Source: Podarcis gaigeae (taxonomy: Eukaryota). Taken from it: DNA of 64,000 nucleotides. The notes under the pieces were generated by a model that did no database searches, had not been told where the DNA came from, and worked only from the letters and a program-made list of their open reading frames with translations. The stretch lies in assembly GCA_964106915.2 (NCBI GenBank), contig OZ066923.1; one strand, written 5' to 3'. Below, piece after piece: positions 1-14,200 of the stretch (positions are counted from its first letter, which is position 1; every line of letters starts with the position of its first letter). The translations under genes were made by a program, and so were the position numbers.

Positions 1-973
1 ATCACTGAAGCCACGTCCTTATTCACTTGGCTTAACTCTGGGATTGAGAAGTACTGTAAAAAAAACTACATCACAGAGTTGTGGAGTCTCAGGACCACCA
101 TTTCTCAGCGGCCCCTGCAGTACCCACCTGTGACCTAGAGAAGAGGGTTGGTTTCCTCACAAGGAGAAAGGACTAGAATCTGAGACCAGGCATGTAATTG
201 TTGGTGAAGCTCCCAGGGGGCTCTCAAAGGGGGAGTGGAAGAACCTTAGTACTAATTTAGAAACAAATAAATAATGTAACTTTATGTTAATTTACATTTA
301 CTTGTGTGATACAAAGTGAATAGGAATTTTCAGATTAGAGTTTTGTTGATTATTGATCATAATTGCTAACAAGAAAATACAAAATGTGAGCAAAATATGC
401 ATGGTAAATGGTTATTGCCATCAAAGAAACATTTCACGTCCCAAATCCTAGCACTGTCTTTTTCATATAACCACAGTTTGTGCACAAAGGCAAAATAAAT
501 ATTTCAATCAATATTAAGAGTATTGCTGTTTTAAAAAATATATATTTGTGTGTTAAAGCCTGTGCAAGATCTATGCTGGAGTGGACAACAGTTGCATAGC
601 CTGTTCTTCACAGCCAGCTGACATACTCTTCAGGGGTAACTGATGCATTAAATTGTAAAAATGATGCTTTTCTGTTGTTTTGGACAAACTATGAAAACAA
701 GGAATTTGAGGGGCCAAATTTTCCTTGGCAAATCTTCAGTCCTCATACTCCAATCCAGTTGAGGCTCCTAAAATGTATTTTCATTTTATTGAGAGCGAAA
801 GGTTGAGGGGAAACATTAGGGGGAAAAACATCTCCCTGTATGTTCTGCTTGACAAAATTATACTGAATATGATTGAATTGTACTAGCCCAAAAGCAGAGC
901 TCAGTTTTAAAAATCAAGTAAACCAGTGTGTCTTGGCATTCTTAAAATGTGAGGAATGTCTAAAATAGTACTA

Positions 974-976
<3 letters not shown>

Positions 977-1040
<64 letters not shown>

Positions 1041-1048
1041 CACTCACA
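977..1048. repeat. Compound (TC)n(AC)n microsatellite
   Basis: Direct reading. Confidence 0.95.
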
Positions 1049-2037
1049 CCCTCCTTTACGTTACCCTGAGGATCAAATTAGACAGTAATGTGTCTAATAT
1101 GCAAAGGATTTTTAAAATGCTAATTGTATCAGAGAGGGGGGGACAGATAATTACTAGAATCAGAAAAGCCACAAAGATAACATATAAGCTTTTCCTCCTA
1201 TGTTGTGGTAACTGAGGAAAAACCCTCTTCTGAACCTGCTGCAAACAAGGGATTTTCTCTCAATGCAATTACCTTCAGAGAAGGGATTTTCCACAAGAAA
1301 AAGGGGAAGAGAGAGTTAACTTCCCTCTTAATGCTTGCTCTGATCCTATTAATTACCAGTCCGCTCCCCCTTTCCAAAGCATTTTGCATTGTTTAAAACC
1401 TGCATGTGAAATGCAAAGACACATTTAATGTCACATCTAGTTGGACCCTGAGGTCATTGTAGAAAGGGCAGGAACAAATGAAATATTAAGTCTATACAAC
1501 AATTTTCTATTATTATTAAATAATTGTTTTGAAACAACCAAATATATAAGCTTCTTGCTTCTTGATTAACTGCATATCTTTGAGATGTGCTGCTCTTACA
1601 GCACACTCCTGAGAGATGTTGACCATTAACGGCCAGTGACTATATTCAGCTAGGGCCACCCTTCGCAAATGTGGTGCCCTCCAGTTGTTTTGAACTGAAA
1701 CTTCCATCATCTTTGACCACTGACTCTCCTGCTTGGAGCTGATGGACACTGGCGGCCAACAACATCCAGAGGCCACCATGTTGGGGAAGGCTGATCTAGG
1801 AAGTGCAGCAGCCAAGCAATTGGTCCATTTCCTGACACACCTGGAAATTACTGGGTGAGGTCTCGCTTGGACTTATTCTGCAGGGTCACCTCCAGTTCTT
1901 CCATTTGAAAATGGGAACTTGAGCTTCTAGAATAGAGAAATCTAAGGAACTGGATTTGTTACTAAACACTTCACTCCCGTTTAATTATAGAACTGATCTG
2001 GGGTTTTTTAAAAAATAAAAATAAAAGTAAAGAAATA

Positions 2038-2279
2038 CAGTGGTACCTCAGGTTAAGTACTTAATTCGTTCCGGAGGTCCGTTCTTAACCTGAAACTGTT
2101 CTTAACCTGAAGCACCACTTTACCTAATGGGGCCTCCTGCTGCCGCCGTGCCAGCAGAGCCTGATTTCTGTTCTTATCCTGAAGGAAAGTTCTTAACCTG
2201 AAGCACTATTTCTGGCTTAGCGGAGTATGTCACCTGAAGCGTATGTAACCTGAAGCGTATGTAACCCGAGGTACCACTG
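2038..2279 (+). mobile_element. Tc1/mariner-superfamily (pogo/Tigger-like) MITE
   Basis: TIR CAGTGGTACCTC.GGTT...AACCCGAGGTACCACTG, flanked by TA on both sides; five near-identical copies in the window. Confidence 0.9.
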
Positions 2280-3645
2280 TACTTGTTAATGAGTGGCATT
2301 AAAATGCTGTTAATAAATAAGGATAATTAAACCCTTCAAAACTATCTAGCACACCCTCATTTTCGATCATCCAAAAATTTCTGGAATGCCTATTTTTAGA
2401 GACCACGAGTTTCCTGCCTGATCTTTGACCTTGAACTATGCAGTAGGATTATCAAGCCACTGCTACCAGTTACTGAACTCTGCCTCCCAAAATGCAAATG
2501 GGATGAAAGCAAGGCTGATTGTCAGCTATTTCTCTCATCCCATGGCCAGAGGCATAAAGATCAAAAGTAAAGAAGAAAAAGGAGCAGGGTCACAAGTTGT
2601 TGCATCAGCCAGTGACCTCCCCTTCAAACAGCATATACTGAAGATCACTAAAGTGGATTATTTCACTCTCAACACCCTTAACGACACTGAACAGTGAAAC
2701 CACCAGCAAAAGGTTTAAAAGGGTAAAGTGGATTAACTTGAACCAGACAGTTAAATCTAAAATACATGTGATCATATTTACATTCCATGGTAGAGTGTTT
2801 CAGTGTCCATCTCCACAGAGCAGTACTTCACAGCCATTTGTGATCACTCCATTTGTCTATTTGCGTATTTGCTCATTAAACATTTTCTGTTCATTTTTCA
2901 CACAAAAGCCCCATATTTAATTCTGCTCCCTTATCACCTCCCTCCCTCCCTCAATCTGCCCTCTCCTATCCTACCCCTCCTGCCACAAATAACTGAAGGA
3001 GGAAAATAAGATAGGGTTTCAGAATAGTTCAAATCCATGTGTTATATCCCACACCTTGGGTTTTTGTTTTTGTTTAGGTATGATATAGTATTCTCAAACT
3101 CACAAGCCAGAGCAACAATGGTCAGCCTTTGTGGGGTGCATGTGATACAAAGAGGAAGTACAAAATACTAGACACTACTACTCTACCGTGTGCCTCAGAA
3201 CTACAGACCACTCCAAAAGTGTGGGAATTGTTTCTTCTTTAGTCTACTGAGCCAGAGAGCAGGTAGCAGCACAATATGGGAGACTCTACGAAGGAGAACT
3301 GGAATGGCTGTAGCATAGCCAGCTAGCGGCAGACCTTGGGGCCTCTAATTCCAGTGGTACCCTCTGTGACACCTAAATTTGGTGCTCCCCCTGCCTCTCG
3401 CCTTCTATTCTACACCATAGTTGTGACACCCCCAGGGCTTGTGCTAAGGTCCAGAGAAGTGCCACAGTCTCTAATTGCCACCAGCTACTGCTGAGGGCCT
3501 GGGTCCTGCTCTTTGAAAATCAGAAGATACTTCCACATAATATTATAAAAAGGACCACAGTCCTAATGCACACATTTGCAAAGCAGAAAAATCACTTCCA
3601 CAAATCTCTAGCCCAATCTTTCCCTACACACACAATATTATTTTA

Positions 3646-3977
3646 CAGTGGTACCTGGGGTTACATACACTTCAGGTTACATACGCTTCAGGTTACAGAG
3701 TCCGCTAACCCAGAAATGCTGTTTACTGTTGTTAGCCTCTCTGAGCCCGGCATTGGCTGGGGACGGTGGGATATAAATAAAATTTATTATTATTACTATT
3801 ATTAAATAGTACCTCGGGTTAACAACTTTGCTTCAGGATGAGAACAGAAATCGTGCTCCGCCGGCGTGGCAGCAGCAGGAGGCCCCATTAGCTAAAGTAG
3901 CGCTTCAGTTTAAGAACAGTTTCAGGTTAAGAATGGACCTCCGGAATGAATTAAGTACTTAACCTGAGGTACCACTG
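3646..3977 (-). mobile_element. Tigger-like MITE (inverted copy) carrying a nested LINE-tail insertion at 3718-3803
   Basis: Same TIRs and TA flanks; internal extra ~86 bp ending in (TAT)n. Confidence 0.88.
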
Positions 3978-3999
3978 TATGTTAATAGTAGTATTAGTA

Positions 4000-4305
4000 G
4001 TAGCAGATTTATTACCTGCTCTTCACCAGCAGGTCTTAGGCCATGCTACAACATTTAATTGGGCCTGGAAATTAACCATTAGCCACTGCAGCTGGTTTAT
4101 AACAGGGGTTATATGAGTTATAAGGCAACTGGCTAATGCATTTTGGACCTGTTGGAGTTTCCAAGTCATCTTCAAGGGAAGCCCGCATGGAGAGCTCTTT
4201 GTAATAATCCAATCCGGAAGTTACCAGCACATGAAGTGCCATGACCAAGTCATATTTGTCCAAAAGAAGCTGTTGCTGGCAAATCAGCCATAGCTAGGAA
4301 TAGGC
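4000..4305 (-). mobile_element. Decayed L2 LINE fragment (end of ORF2)
   Basis: ORF 4072-4263 reads DLVMALHVLVTSGLDY, resembling the L2 ORF2 motif HALVTSRLDYCN. Confidence 0.7.
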
Positions 4306-7300
4306 ACGGGGGGGGGGGGGGATTTAACAATGTAAGATTGAGATGGAAAAAAAATGTAATCAATAATTGATCTGAAATAATAGGCCATGTAATATTGTTT
4401 TATATAACATCAACATCCCGAGAGCGAAATATATTGATGTACCCAAGAAGCAACTTTTCACTTTCTTCCCACTCAGAGTTTACATTACAGTGTACCCAAT
4501 AAACATTTTCCTGAGGATATAATTTTTTTAAAAAAACTGTAAATTGTAGCACCTTTAATTAAAATCTGCTGTATACATTTAAACTCAAGGGATCACTTTG
4601 TGTTTGCCCACCAAAACTTGCAGATTTCTTTATCATCTGCAGACTTGTGTCTTCTTTTACAGCTCATTCATTTAAATGATTTGGGTTTATGAACGGTTAG
4701 CTTCCATTAAGGCAGATATAGCAGCAGTTATTCATGGGGAGGGCCAGTTCAGACAGAACATTCACTTTTGTTCCCCCAGATCCAATAAAGAGCTCCAGCA
4801 ATCCCAGTGCAATATGTTGCCTACAGATATTAGAAAAGGAGAAAGAAGTATTTTTGTTTTGGTTGGAAAGCAAGTTTATGAAGATAAGGAAATCAGTTTC
4901 AAAATTAATAGCATTCTACTGTGGTAGGCTAAGATATTAAGACTGATGTGTGAAAAAATCTACATCCATCATTGGCCCAGCTGAAACTGTGGTATTGTTT
5001 TTCGCTTGGGGAATGGGACTGAACACTGAACATAAATGCACCCAGCAGCATGCAAGTGATGCTGTATGAGAGCTGAGTGATGGGTGATGCAAGATTCACG
5101 CAACCTGCATGATTCACACAACTGGCATGATACATCTTTTGTTTGCGGGGGGGGGGGGTCGAGGAAGAATTGCTTAATATTCTAATATTGCACAAGGAAA
5201 CATAATCAGGATGCCATTTTCAAGGCCTGGTCCGCAGCCTCCAGCACATAAAGCATTACTACAAAGAGCCGCAGGATAGAAACTGGAACTTAAAAGACTT
5301 TTGTTTCACTGGGATTTTCTAAAAGGCGTTATGCCATAATCCTTGACACAAACCCAGAGTATACAGAGCTTAGACCTATTGCCCTCCTATCTACACCCTT
5401 GCCACATGGATTTTTCATTTGTGATAGATCCACGGGCTTTCTTCTTCTTCTTTTAGATAGGTCCTGATGGGCTGACCTATACTTCCATTACCTCCAAGAT
5501 TATTGTGATGTCCTTGATGACAACTTGGAAGCCTTAGCTAGTCAAAATGCAGCGATGGGCAAAACTTAGTCCCTCCTGCTGGACTCACATTCCCTTTAGC
5601 CTCAGAAGTATGGCCAGTCATCGAGGATTATGGGAGTTGTAGTGCAGCAACACCTGGAGGCTCTCAGGTTAGCTTCTTTTGATCTAAAGCCTTTTGTGGC
5701 CTTGGACTCTCCTACCTTAAGGAGAACCTTTTCCAAAGGGAGCCCACTCACCATTTGAAGTCAGGTGTCTGCCCATTCTGTCCATGTCACAGATCCAGAC
5801 AGGAGCAGCAAAATAACATGGCCAGGCTATTTTGGTCCTTGCTACTGGAAGGATTAGGAAAGATTGCCTTTTGATGCTGTTTTGGAAAGACTGTAAGGCT
5901 TTTTCTTTTCAGTAGCGCTTTCAAGGAGTGTTGAATTCTTTTGGTGGTCTTGTTTTTATTTGATTTTACTGTTCTTAGAAGTTACTTCAGAAAAGGATCA
6001 ATGTTATGTGCTTTTAAAACAAAGTACAAAAAAGCAAAGTCAGGGCAAGCAAAGCATACAGTCTGGCTTTTGTTTTCCTTCAGATCCAGCTCAGGTACAG
6101 CTAGGATTTAGAGTGCATGGACACTGGATGGTACTCAACTAAATAAATGTGTGAACAGAACAACTTCCACTTGCACAATGGGACTTCCCCTGCTCTCCTC
6201 CCTCAACACAAGCTGTCTGCCATCCACAAATCTGCTCCTGAACAATTTTAGGGGACACAAAGCGGGAAGTCTTATTGAACAAGCATAAGTCATTCCATGC
6301 CTGCAAAGTGCTACTTAACACAAAGTTGAATGCAACCCACTATATTGGAAAGGGTTTACAATATTCCCCCCCCCCCTCACTCCCCAAAATAATGTCTAAA
6401 TCCTTACGGTTTAAAATACATACTGTTCATAAGAAAGTCTAATTTCATTATTGAAATTAGACAGGATAGTAGAGAATCATGTGAATGTTGAATGGAATGG
6501 CCATGAAAGAATTATTAAAATTCAAATAACTATCTGTGTTTTAGAGTTTTTGTTGTCCCCAAAGGCACTTTTATCACCACTGTGTAAAAATTGGGATGAC
6601 TATATTATATTTAGAGATATTTAGAAAGGTATTTTAGAAAAATAATAATTTTAAAATATACATTTTCCCTCTTGGGCCTCAAGCTATGGCCATGCAAAAC
6701 TGGCGACCAAGAATATAGTCCCAAGGCACATGAGGCCACCATTTTGCTCAACGTAATCAGATCTGGGTCTGGTCACAGTCTAGGTGGGTGACCATCCTGG
6801 GTCCCATGACCGAAGGAATGCAGGATAGGAATGCCAGAAAATAAATGAGAACAAAGTAAAAGGAACAGGGAATAGCAAAAAATGTAAAATTTCTCACATG
6901 TACAGCAACAGTGCTCACAAACACATATCAATAATTCCTTCCCATAACCAAGAAGTGCTCATTAATGCCTCTTATTAACTGAAGTAAGGTGAAACTTAAA
7001 ACATAGGCTAGCTCTGCCCTCTTCTGGAGGCATATTGTGAGCAACAAAATTTCACAAAAAATAAGAGCTATACCAATTTTGGAAGAACTAGACATCATAC
7101 CAGAATATTAATTTTAAAAAATAACACTCAAGGTATGGCCTTTATAAAAAATGTACATCAGGATAAAGTTATTCGAAGATACAAGGAGTGGCAAAGCATA
7201 AAAAGTTTCCATTCAATAAACTTGTATATATAAAGGCAACATCTTCAAGAGCTAATATTCTAATACTCTATAGGTTGAAGGTATTTCACTACACATCTGC

Positions 7301-9509
7301 AAGGCTGAAATCCTACACCAAAGTGTAAGCCTCACTGACTACAGTGGAGTTTATTTTTGAGTAGATGCGTAAGACTGCGCTATAAAAATCTCTTAAGACA
7401 GTCTGTGGTTATGAGTCCCAGACAATTCATCATTATTGCTCCGGAGTACATTGCAACCACAGGCAATTCCAAAAGCGATGGCAACTCCACTTAGGCATCA
7501 CTCGTCCATGAGAATGCTTCTACATTTTGCAGCAGTCTTTAGGACAAGGGCAGGGAACCAACCAGAAATTATTACCAGCCTATGCCTTGTATCCTCCTGT
7601 GACAGATGTAGTGACAGCAAGTTGGTCTTGCTCATTCTTTCCTAACTCCCACAGGTAGTGATAGACATCTGTTCTGTCTGTGGAAAAAGTCTCAGATGCA
7701 GAACCCTGTCACTTAGTGAAGAACGGTCTAAAATGGGGGGGAAGAATTCCATGTGAGCCTTCCCTCTCTTGTGCTCAAGAGGCATCTATGCCATCTATGG
7801 GCTTCTCCTGTCCCATCCATATGACGTGTGCGCAAACATATTCATGGCCTCACATGTGGCTCATTTACACATTTAACTGCTCAAAGAACCCAGCGACACA
7901 TAGAGCTTTTGCCCTGGGATTCTCGGAGTGTCTCTCTGTGGCACAGAGAGTTATTGCTATTAGTAGTGGCACTGGTGCTGTTTACATGATCTCCAGAGGT
8001 GAAGGAAAGAGCGAGTTCGACAAGAGTTGTTAGCACTCATTCAACAACCATTTGATCCTCTGAAGATGCATCAACATATCCACTTGATCATGAATGAAAA
8101 GGCTCTCCTAGCAAGATGGGTGAGCTGGGCGGCTTTGATCTATACACATCTGGATACTAGGTACAGAGCGCCAAGCTAGAATGAGAGCTTGAGGCGTGTG
8201 TGTGTTTTGCCATCCATACTTAACACAATTGCCAGCTAAACATTCATAACTATGCAAGCTGAATACAAGTAATTCAAAATCACAGTTAATTACTCTTATG
8301 GAAAACTTGGGCTGCCACAGCACCCCTCCAGACAACCTGTTTATTGACCGTTCATTCCAATTTGCTGTAGGGTGTTGATAGGGCTTCCTGGTAATCACTC
8401 ATTTGTCCCAAACATCTCAGTACATTTCCCCTGTCAGTCTCCTAATCACACACACACAAAAACCAGTGGTGATTTTATAAGTGGATTTGTTGTGCAAAGG
8501 CAACAGAGCACTTTGATCCACTTTAATTGTTGAAACTTAGATTTTCAGTGTGCATAAGCAAAGCAGGACGAATGCTCATTTTCATGAAATCTCCCCACAC
8601 AACAAGTTTTCCAAGTATGCAGAAATCACTCTCCGTAATTTCCCCTCCCCTTCCCCTGACATAGCAGTCAAAAATAAAAAGGAAAAGGGCATCTAGCTAT
8701 CACAATTAGGAGCAAGCACTTAGGTTAATTAAAAAATCCTACTTTTTCCCAGTTACAATGTGTGACTGACATGGTCATCTAAAATTTTAATTTTCTCTTA
8801 AAATAGAACAGCTAATAAGCCTGCCATAAACCTTTCAGACCAAAGAGCTTCAGCACACCAGGACACCCGGGCAGAATTGAAAAATGCAGGTAGGAGGATA
8901 GTATGCATCACACAGGGCCCTGACTTGCTTTATTTATACATCACAATGTGAGATCAAAGTGATACAGTAGCGTGGGAGGGGTTACCATGCATTTGGATTC
9001 TGTGCAAATCTGTTGTTTCAGAGTAATGAGTTGAAATGGGGAAATCTTATCCAGTCTCTGTCTTTTGGCACCTTGCTCCTTCTCTACATCTTTTAAACGG
9101 ACTGGCCATTTTGCATTTGTATCAGGGGCTCAGACTAATACCCCTCACGTGCTGGAAGGAAGGCGGGGGAGAGCCCATCAGCCCCTTCCTGCCATATCCA
9201 CTGGCTTTACAACCCCACACATTTGGCAAGAATGAGAAAGGGCTGTGTGCATATCAATGTGCAATGAGCTCTTTCATTTAAATTGGTGTGTGTGTGTGGG
9301 TTCCTTACATTCAGTTAATGTGTTGATTTGTACCTAGGGTTGTCAATTGCTTGCTGTGGGGGTGCATGCTTTGAAAGTATGAAGGGAGTCAAGCTGAACC
9401 CACCTACCACCTACAAATTCATCCATCCCTATTTGCAAACCTGTTGGTTTCTGTATTCTGAAATGCATATTGTTGTTTTAAATCTGAACAATGTCTATGT
9501 ACATTGGTA

Positions 9510-9866
9510 AAAAGGTAAAGGTACCCCTGCCCGTACGGGCCAGTCTTGCCAGACTCTAGGGTTGTGCGCTCTTCTCACTCTATAGGCCGGGAGCCAGCGC
9601 TGTCCGCAGACACTTCCGGGTCACGTGGCCAGCGTGACAAGCTGCATCTGGCGAGCCAGCGCAGCACATGGAACGCCGTTTACCTTCCCGCTGGTAAGCG
9701 GTCCCTATTTATCTACTTGCACCCGGGGGTGCTTTTGAACTGCTAGGTTGGCAGACGCTGGGACCGAACGACGGGAGCGCACCCCGCCGTGGGGATTCGA
9801 ACCGCCGACCATGTGATCGGCAAGTCCTAGGTGCTGAGGTTTTACCCACAGCGCCACCCGCGTCCC
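9510..9866 (-). mobile_element. Full-length Sauria SINE (Squam1-like), tRNA head with BovB-related tail
   Basis: (ACCTTT)n tail, B-box GGTTCGAATCC on minus, 14-15 bp TSD (c)tatgtacattggta at 9495-9509 and 9866-9880, intact CpGs. Confidence 0.92.
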
Positions 9867-11068
9867 TATGTACATTGGTAGTAAACCACTAATGGGAATA
9901 GGTTTCCTTCTCTTCCAAGACATGGAACCATCGATTCTTCCATTAATACAGGAAGCTTCTAATGGTTCAGACTCTCTCTTTTTCCCAGTATGGCTTACTC
10001 CAACTGGCAGTGGCGCTCCAGCCGAAGCCTTTTCAGCTACTGATGATGGCATGCTAAGCAGATTTTGGCTGTTCTGTAGTACAATGCCAGTGTGAAGATT
10101 TAAAGCCAAACGTGTACTGCAAAAAGGAGAAGAGAATACCATCATTCTTTTCCACATATTTCTTTCATAACCATGAAGTTTCGTGGCCTTTAGCTATTCT
10201 GCCACAGAAGCAGTACTACTGAAACAAGACAACATTTCAGGAGCAGCGACTTAAAATGCAGGTGTTTTTTGTGTTTGTTGCTTTCACGGACAGGTGCCCC
10301 ACTAGAAATAAGTGACCTTTCAACCACGTCCCGATAAGCGCCTGTCAACTTTGTACAGAATAAAAGTCCTAAAGGGCGGTGGGAAAAGGGGGGAGCAGCA
10401 ATACTGGGCATATCATTTGGTGCTCTTGCAAGAGCAGATATTATAATCAAATTCCCTTACTCCCCCACCCCCCAAGCTTGAGCCTGGCTTTCAAACCATT
10501 CTATATTAAGCAACTACATGCTTCACTTTCAAAGCGGAGGTTAGAGATATCCCTGCCACTTACATCATTGTTTCTATGGCAACTAAACGTACTTCAGAAA
10601 GACAGACTGTATGGTTTTGGTCCTGTTAAAATAAACAGAAAGCCCCAAAAGGGAGGCATGGAAGCTGGGAAGACTTTGCTGTTAGTTCAGGGATATGCAT
10701 CACTCCTGAGCAGCAGAAAGAATTCCTGGTGGATGCCAAATGCTTTTTCTAATTTTATACAGCATCCATCACCATTCCTTGTTTCTGCTGCCTATTTTGT
10801 TAATTAAAAGAAAAAGATGGCTCCCCCCCCCTTCCTGAAAGACATGTTACTATGGAAACAATGGATTTGCTTGATATAGATATCCCTTGGGTTCACCCCG
10901 AGTAAGAAATGAAGCTAAATAAAAGGGCAAGGCAAGCAACAGGGAGTCGATATAGAAGCTGGTGGAGAACCCAGCGTTAAAAAAACACACCGAAACATAA
11001 TGCACTTATAAGGAGGCTCAGCATATTTGTGGCAGGTGTACAACTGGGAGTAGGAAGTCTTTCCACAA

Positions 11069-11220
11069 AGAATCATAGAATTGTAGAGTTGGAAGGGATC
11101 ACCAAGGGTCATCTAGTCCAACCCCCTGTATTGCAGGAATCCTGCCCACCGTGGTTCCTGGGTGGGCTTGAATCACCAGCAATGGGTCAGCCACATGCAC
11201 TGACCCATTGTGCCACAAGA
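11069..11220 (-). mobile_element. Short tRNA-derived SINE with CR1-type 3' end (Squam2-like)
   Basis: Minus strand: GTGGCACAATGG...GATTCAAGCCC head, then ...CCTTCCAACTCTACAATTCTATGATTCT (CR1 terminal repeat). Confidence 0.72.
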
Positions 11221-14200
11221 GGGTAACAGTAATACAATAGGCACAGGTTAGAGTTTAAAAGTGGGTTTAAAACTCGAAACCTAGAATCTGTATTCCCTAT
11301 TACACTTTAGCCTAGGGATCGAGAAATCTGGCTGCCAACCCCAAAGCTCCTCCCTCCCTGCTTTTTAAAGGCTTTTCACATGAAGGAAACAATTGTGTCA
11401 GTGTTGTGCACCATTACTGACTATAAGGGAAGTTTTCCTCATTCTCACAGAGACCAACTTACACTGGCTTATTTAGCCAGTTTATTCCAGTCCTTCTCCT
11501 CCATCACAATATGCAGATCTTCCTCCCAGGCGCTTTTCGATCCTAATAGTGGACCAGTCTGTATCTCCAGTAATATTTTTTTTAGAACACAGAGAAAACT
11601 CCCATATCCTCACTACCCCTACCATAATCACAATTTGCTCAAAATTTGTCAATGGACTGCATGGGATTTGGCATTTTGGTCAATAAGGAACATAAGGTTA
11701 CAGAACTCTGGACAACTTAATTATTATACAAGATGCAGATTTCCTCTTTTTCATATCTCCAAGTACAAATTCATTTGATATGAACATCCCCTTTATTTTT
11801 GATTCGTGTATTGTTTATTCATCTTCTGTTCGAATAAAATAGAATTGTTTAAGAAGGGAACTACATAGCCTGAGAGTTTCCTGAAAATGATTCAGCTTAA
11901 AGGCCCAAAGTACAGCATAATTCATGTATGGTATGTGTTGTGGAGCCTGTTCCTCCTAATGTGTTTAAGAAGAGTTGTCACTACATTAATGCACCTCCTT
12001 CCTCTCAAGCTCTCACCTCCTGGAATTGACAAGATAAAAGTCTCGTGATGGCTTTTCTATCAAAAGGAAACATGGGAATAGAAACTAATTTTCCTCTAAA
12101 GATAAAGTTGAGTATGACAACTTTTGAGTACTTATAACATATCATTAAAAAAAATCCTGACTAGTGCCAATTGTTATATTTTGATGGCAGATGCCAGCAC
12201 ATTTTATGTTATCGGCCCCCAAACTGAACAGAATAGGTTATACATTGAAAAATAAACTGATATGACATTTTAAAAGCCAGCACAGTGTGTAGTTGGTTAA
12301 GCATTTAATCCTACGGGAGGGTAGTTCAGGGTCCAGAGGCTCTGATTTCAGAGGGAGATCTGATGTCGGAGCCTGCCACTCTGCCACCTCCTCCGTTGTC
12401 ACTGCCCAGCAGTGACACTGCCCAATTCTGTTGGTAGAGCCAAAAAAAGGGTCATGTTGCAATGTGGTTTTGATGCAAACCAAGCACAGTCCCCAGGAAC
12501 ATCCTTAAACCTTTTTTTTTGGGGGGGGGGGGGATTAGACATGTTTCTGAAACAGGATGAATTTTAAAGAAATGAATGAATTAAGTTAAAGGAGGAGTGC
12601 AAGTGTGTTCCTTTGCCTTCACTTCCATCCTGCTGGCTCCAGCTTTTTCCTTACACACACCTAAGGACTGCAGACTAAGTGAATTAAGCCCTCATTATGT
12701 CTTCTACTCATCTTTTCTCATAAACACACAGAAGTCAATACACCCAAGTATGAACAATGTGCAGCCCTGTTCACCACAACACATTTTAATCATTTGTTTT
12801 AGGCTGGCTTTCATGTGGGGTCCAGATCTTCCATGTGTGTGATTAGCCAGCACAGCAAAACACACTAAAAATGTTAATTATTGAATACTGCTATTCTGTT
12901 TCAAAGCTGAATAGCTTCTAAACATAAACTTTCACTCACTTTTGAAAGGAGTAGATCTCATATTCTGCAGGAAACAAGCTTTCTGCCTGCCTTCTGAGCG
13001 GTTAACCTAGAAGCATATCAGCATAAGAAGAAATCCACTGGTGAAGCCCAAGTTTTCCATAAGAGTTTATGAGAACAAAAAAGCACCTCCATGTCCCAAT
13101 TATAGAGAAAAATAAAATTATAACAAGCCAAAGGTGAGGCATGTAATTGAACACAGAAATATATGCTTTAATTTTAAATTCTCGATGTTATTGCACCTAA
13201 AGTCAAAGGTTTAACACATAAAACCAAAACAAAAGCATTTAATGTGTTGCTGTGAAAGTTTTAAAACTAAAAGTACTCAATGTTTCTCCCCCTATAAAGG
13301 TATTTCTCGATTTTATGTCTACATATTAGCATTTTAATGTCCCATTGATTTTGATCTATGCAGCATGCAAAAGCAAAGTAGCATATCTTACAAATTCTCT
13401 TGCATCAAACTTTAAAATGCTTTACATACTAAAATGAGGGCAAATGAAGACAAGTACTATTTTGACGTGTGCTATCTCAAAGTTTTATATCTCTGCCAAA
13501 ACAGTATGCATTCTTTCTGTACAAAGCTGCAGCTGAATCATGCACTTAAATGCTTTACTTTCGACAGTAATTCCCATAGGTATGATTGCATATAGTCATC
13601 GGCAATTTCAGTTTTAGGAACATCAATCCTGTATTACTCCCCTGAGGTCTGGATGATTGCTACATAGTTTCATGACGTAGTAGGAAAACAAGGGAAGTCT
13701 GCACAGTCAAAGGTTTCCTCTAAATATAAGGAACAGTCAACACTGAGGTCAAAAAGTTTCTTTTCTCCAAAATTCCAGAGAAGTACTCAGGGTCACGTCT
13801 GCTACCATGAAAACAAAAGCATTGCACCTTAAAAAGTAAGCTTGCAGTAGCACAAGTGGAGGCAGCTTGTACAACCCCTTTTCTCTTTTGCTCCTCTCTG
13901 CACCCCTGAAAAATGCTTTTTAGGGACTGGGAGGCCTCCTAAACAATAGGGCCTGCATCATATTGGGCTGCCATGGGAGAGGGGAATCTCCCAAACGTGG
14001 GCAGAGAGATCTTGTGTCAGTTAGCTGTACACATACAAGAAACACATCGCTAGCTTCATTTAGGGCACCTTCCTCTTTCACAAACAACTGAGTGACCATG
14101 ATGGTCAGCAGAAGTTATTGGATGTTGTCAAGCTTCATAATGTCCTTCACAACACAGTATTTATAAATAAAAAGAGCAGAGCAGAAGCTATGATCCTCAA

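Noticed and set aside
9546-10157. ORFs 9546-9746 and 9705-10157 (also 60705-61046, 21131-21400, 36955-37155)
   Set aside because: They are translations running through SINE copies, not genes.
13100-13800. Repeat-free AT-rich block that might be a conserved non-coding element
   Set aside because: Cannot be supported without a cross-species alignment.
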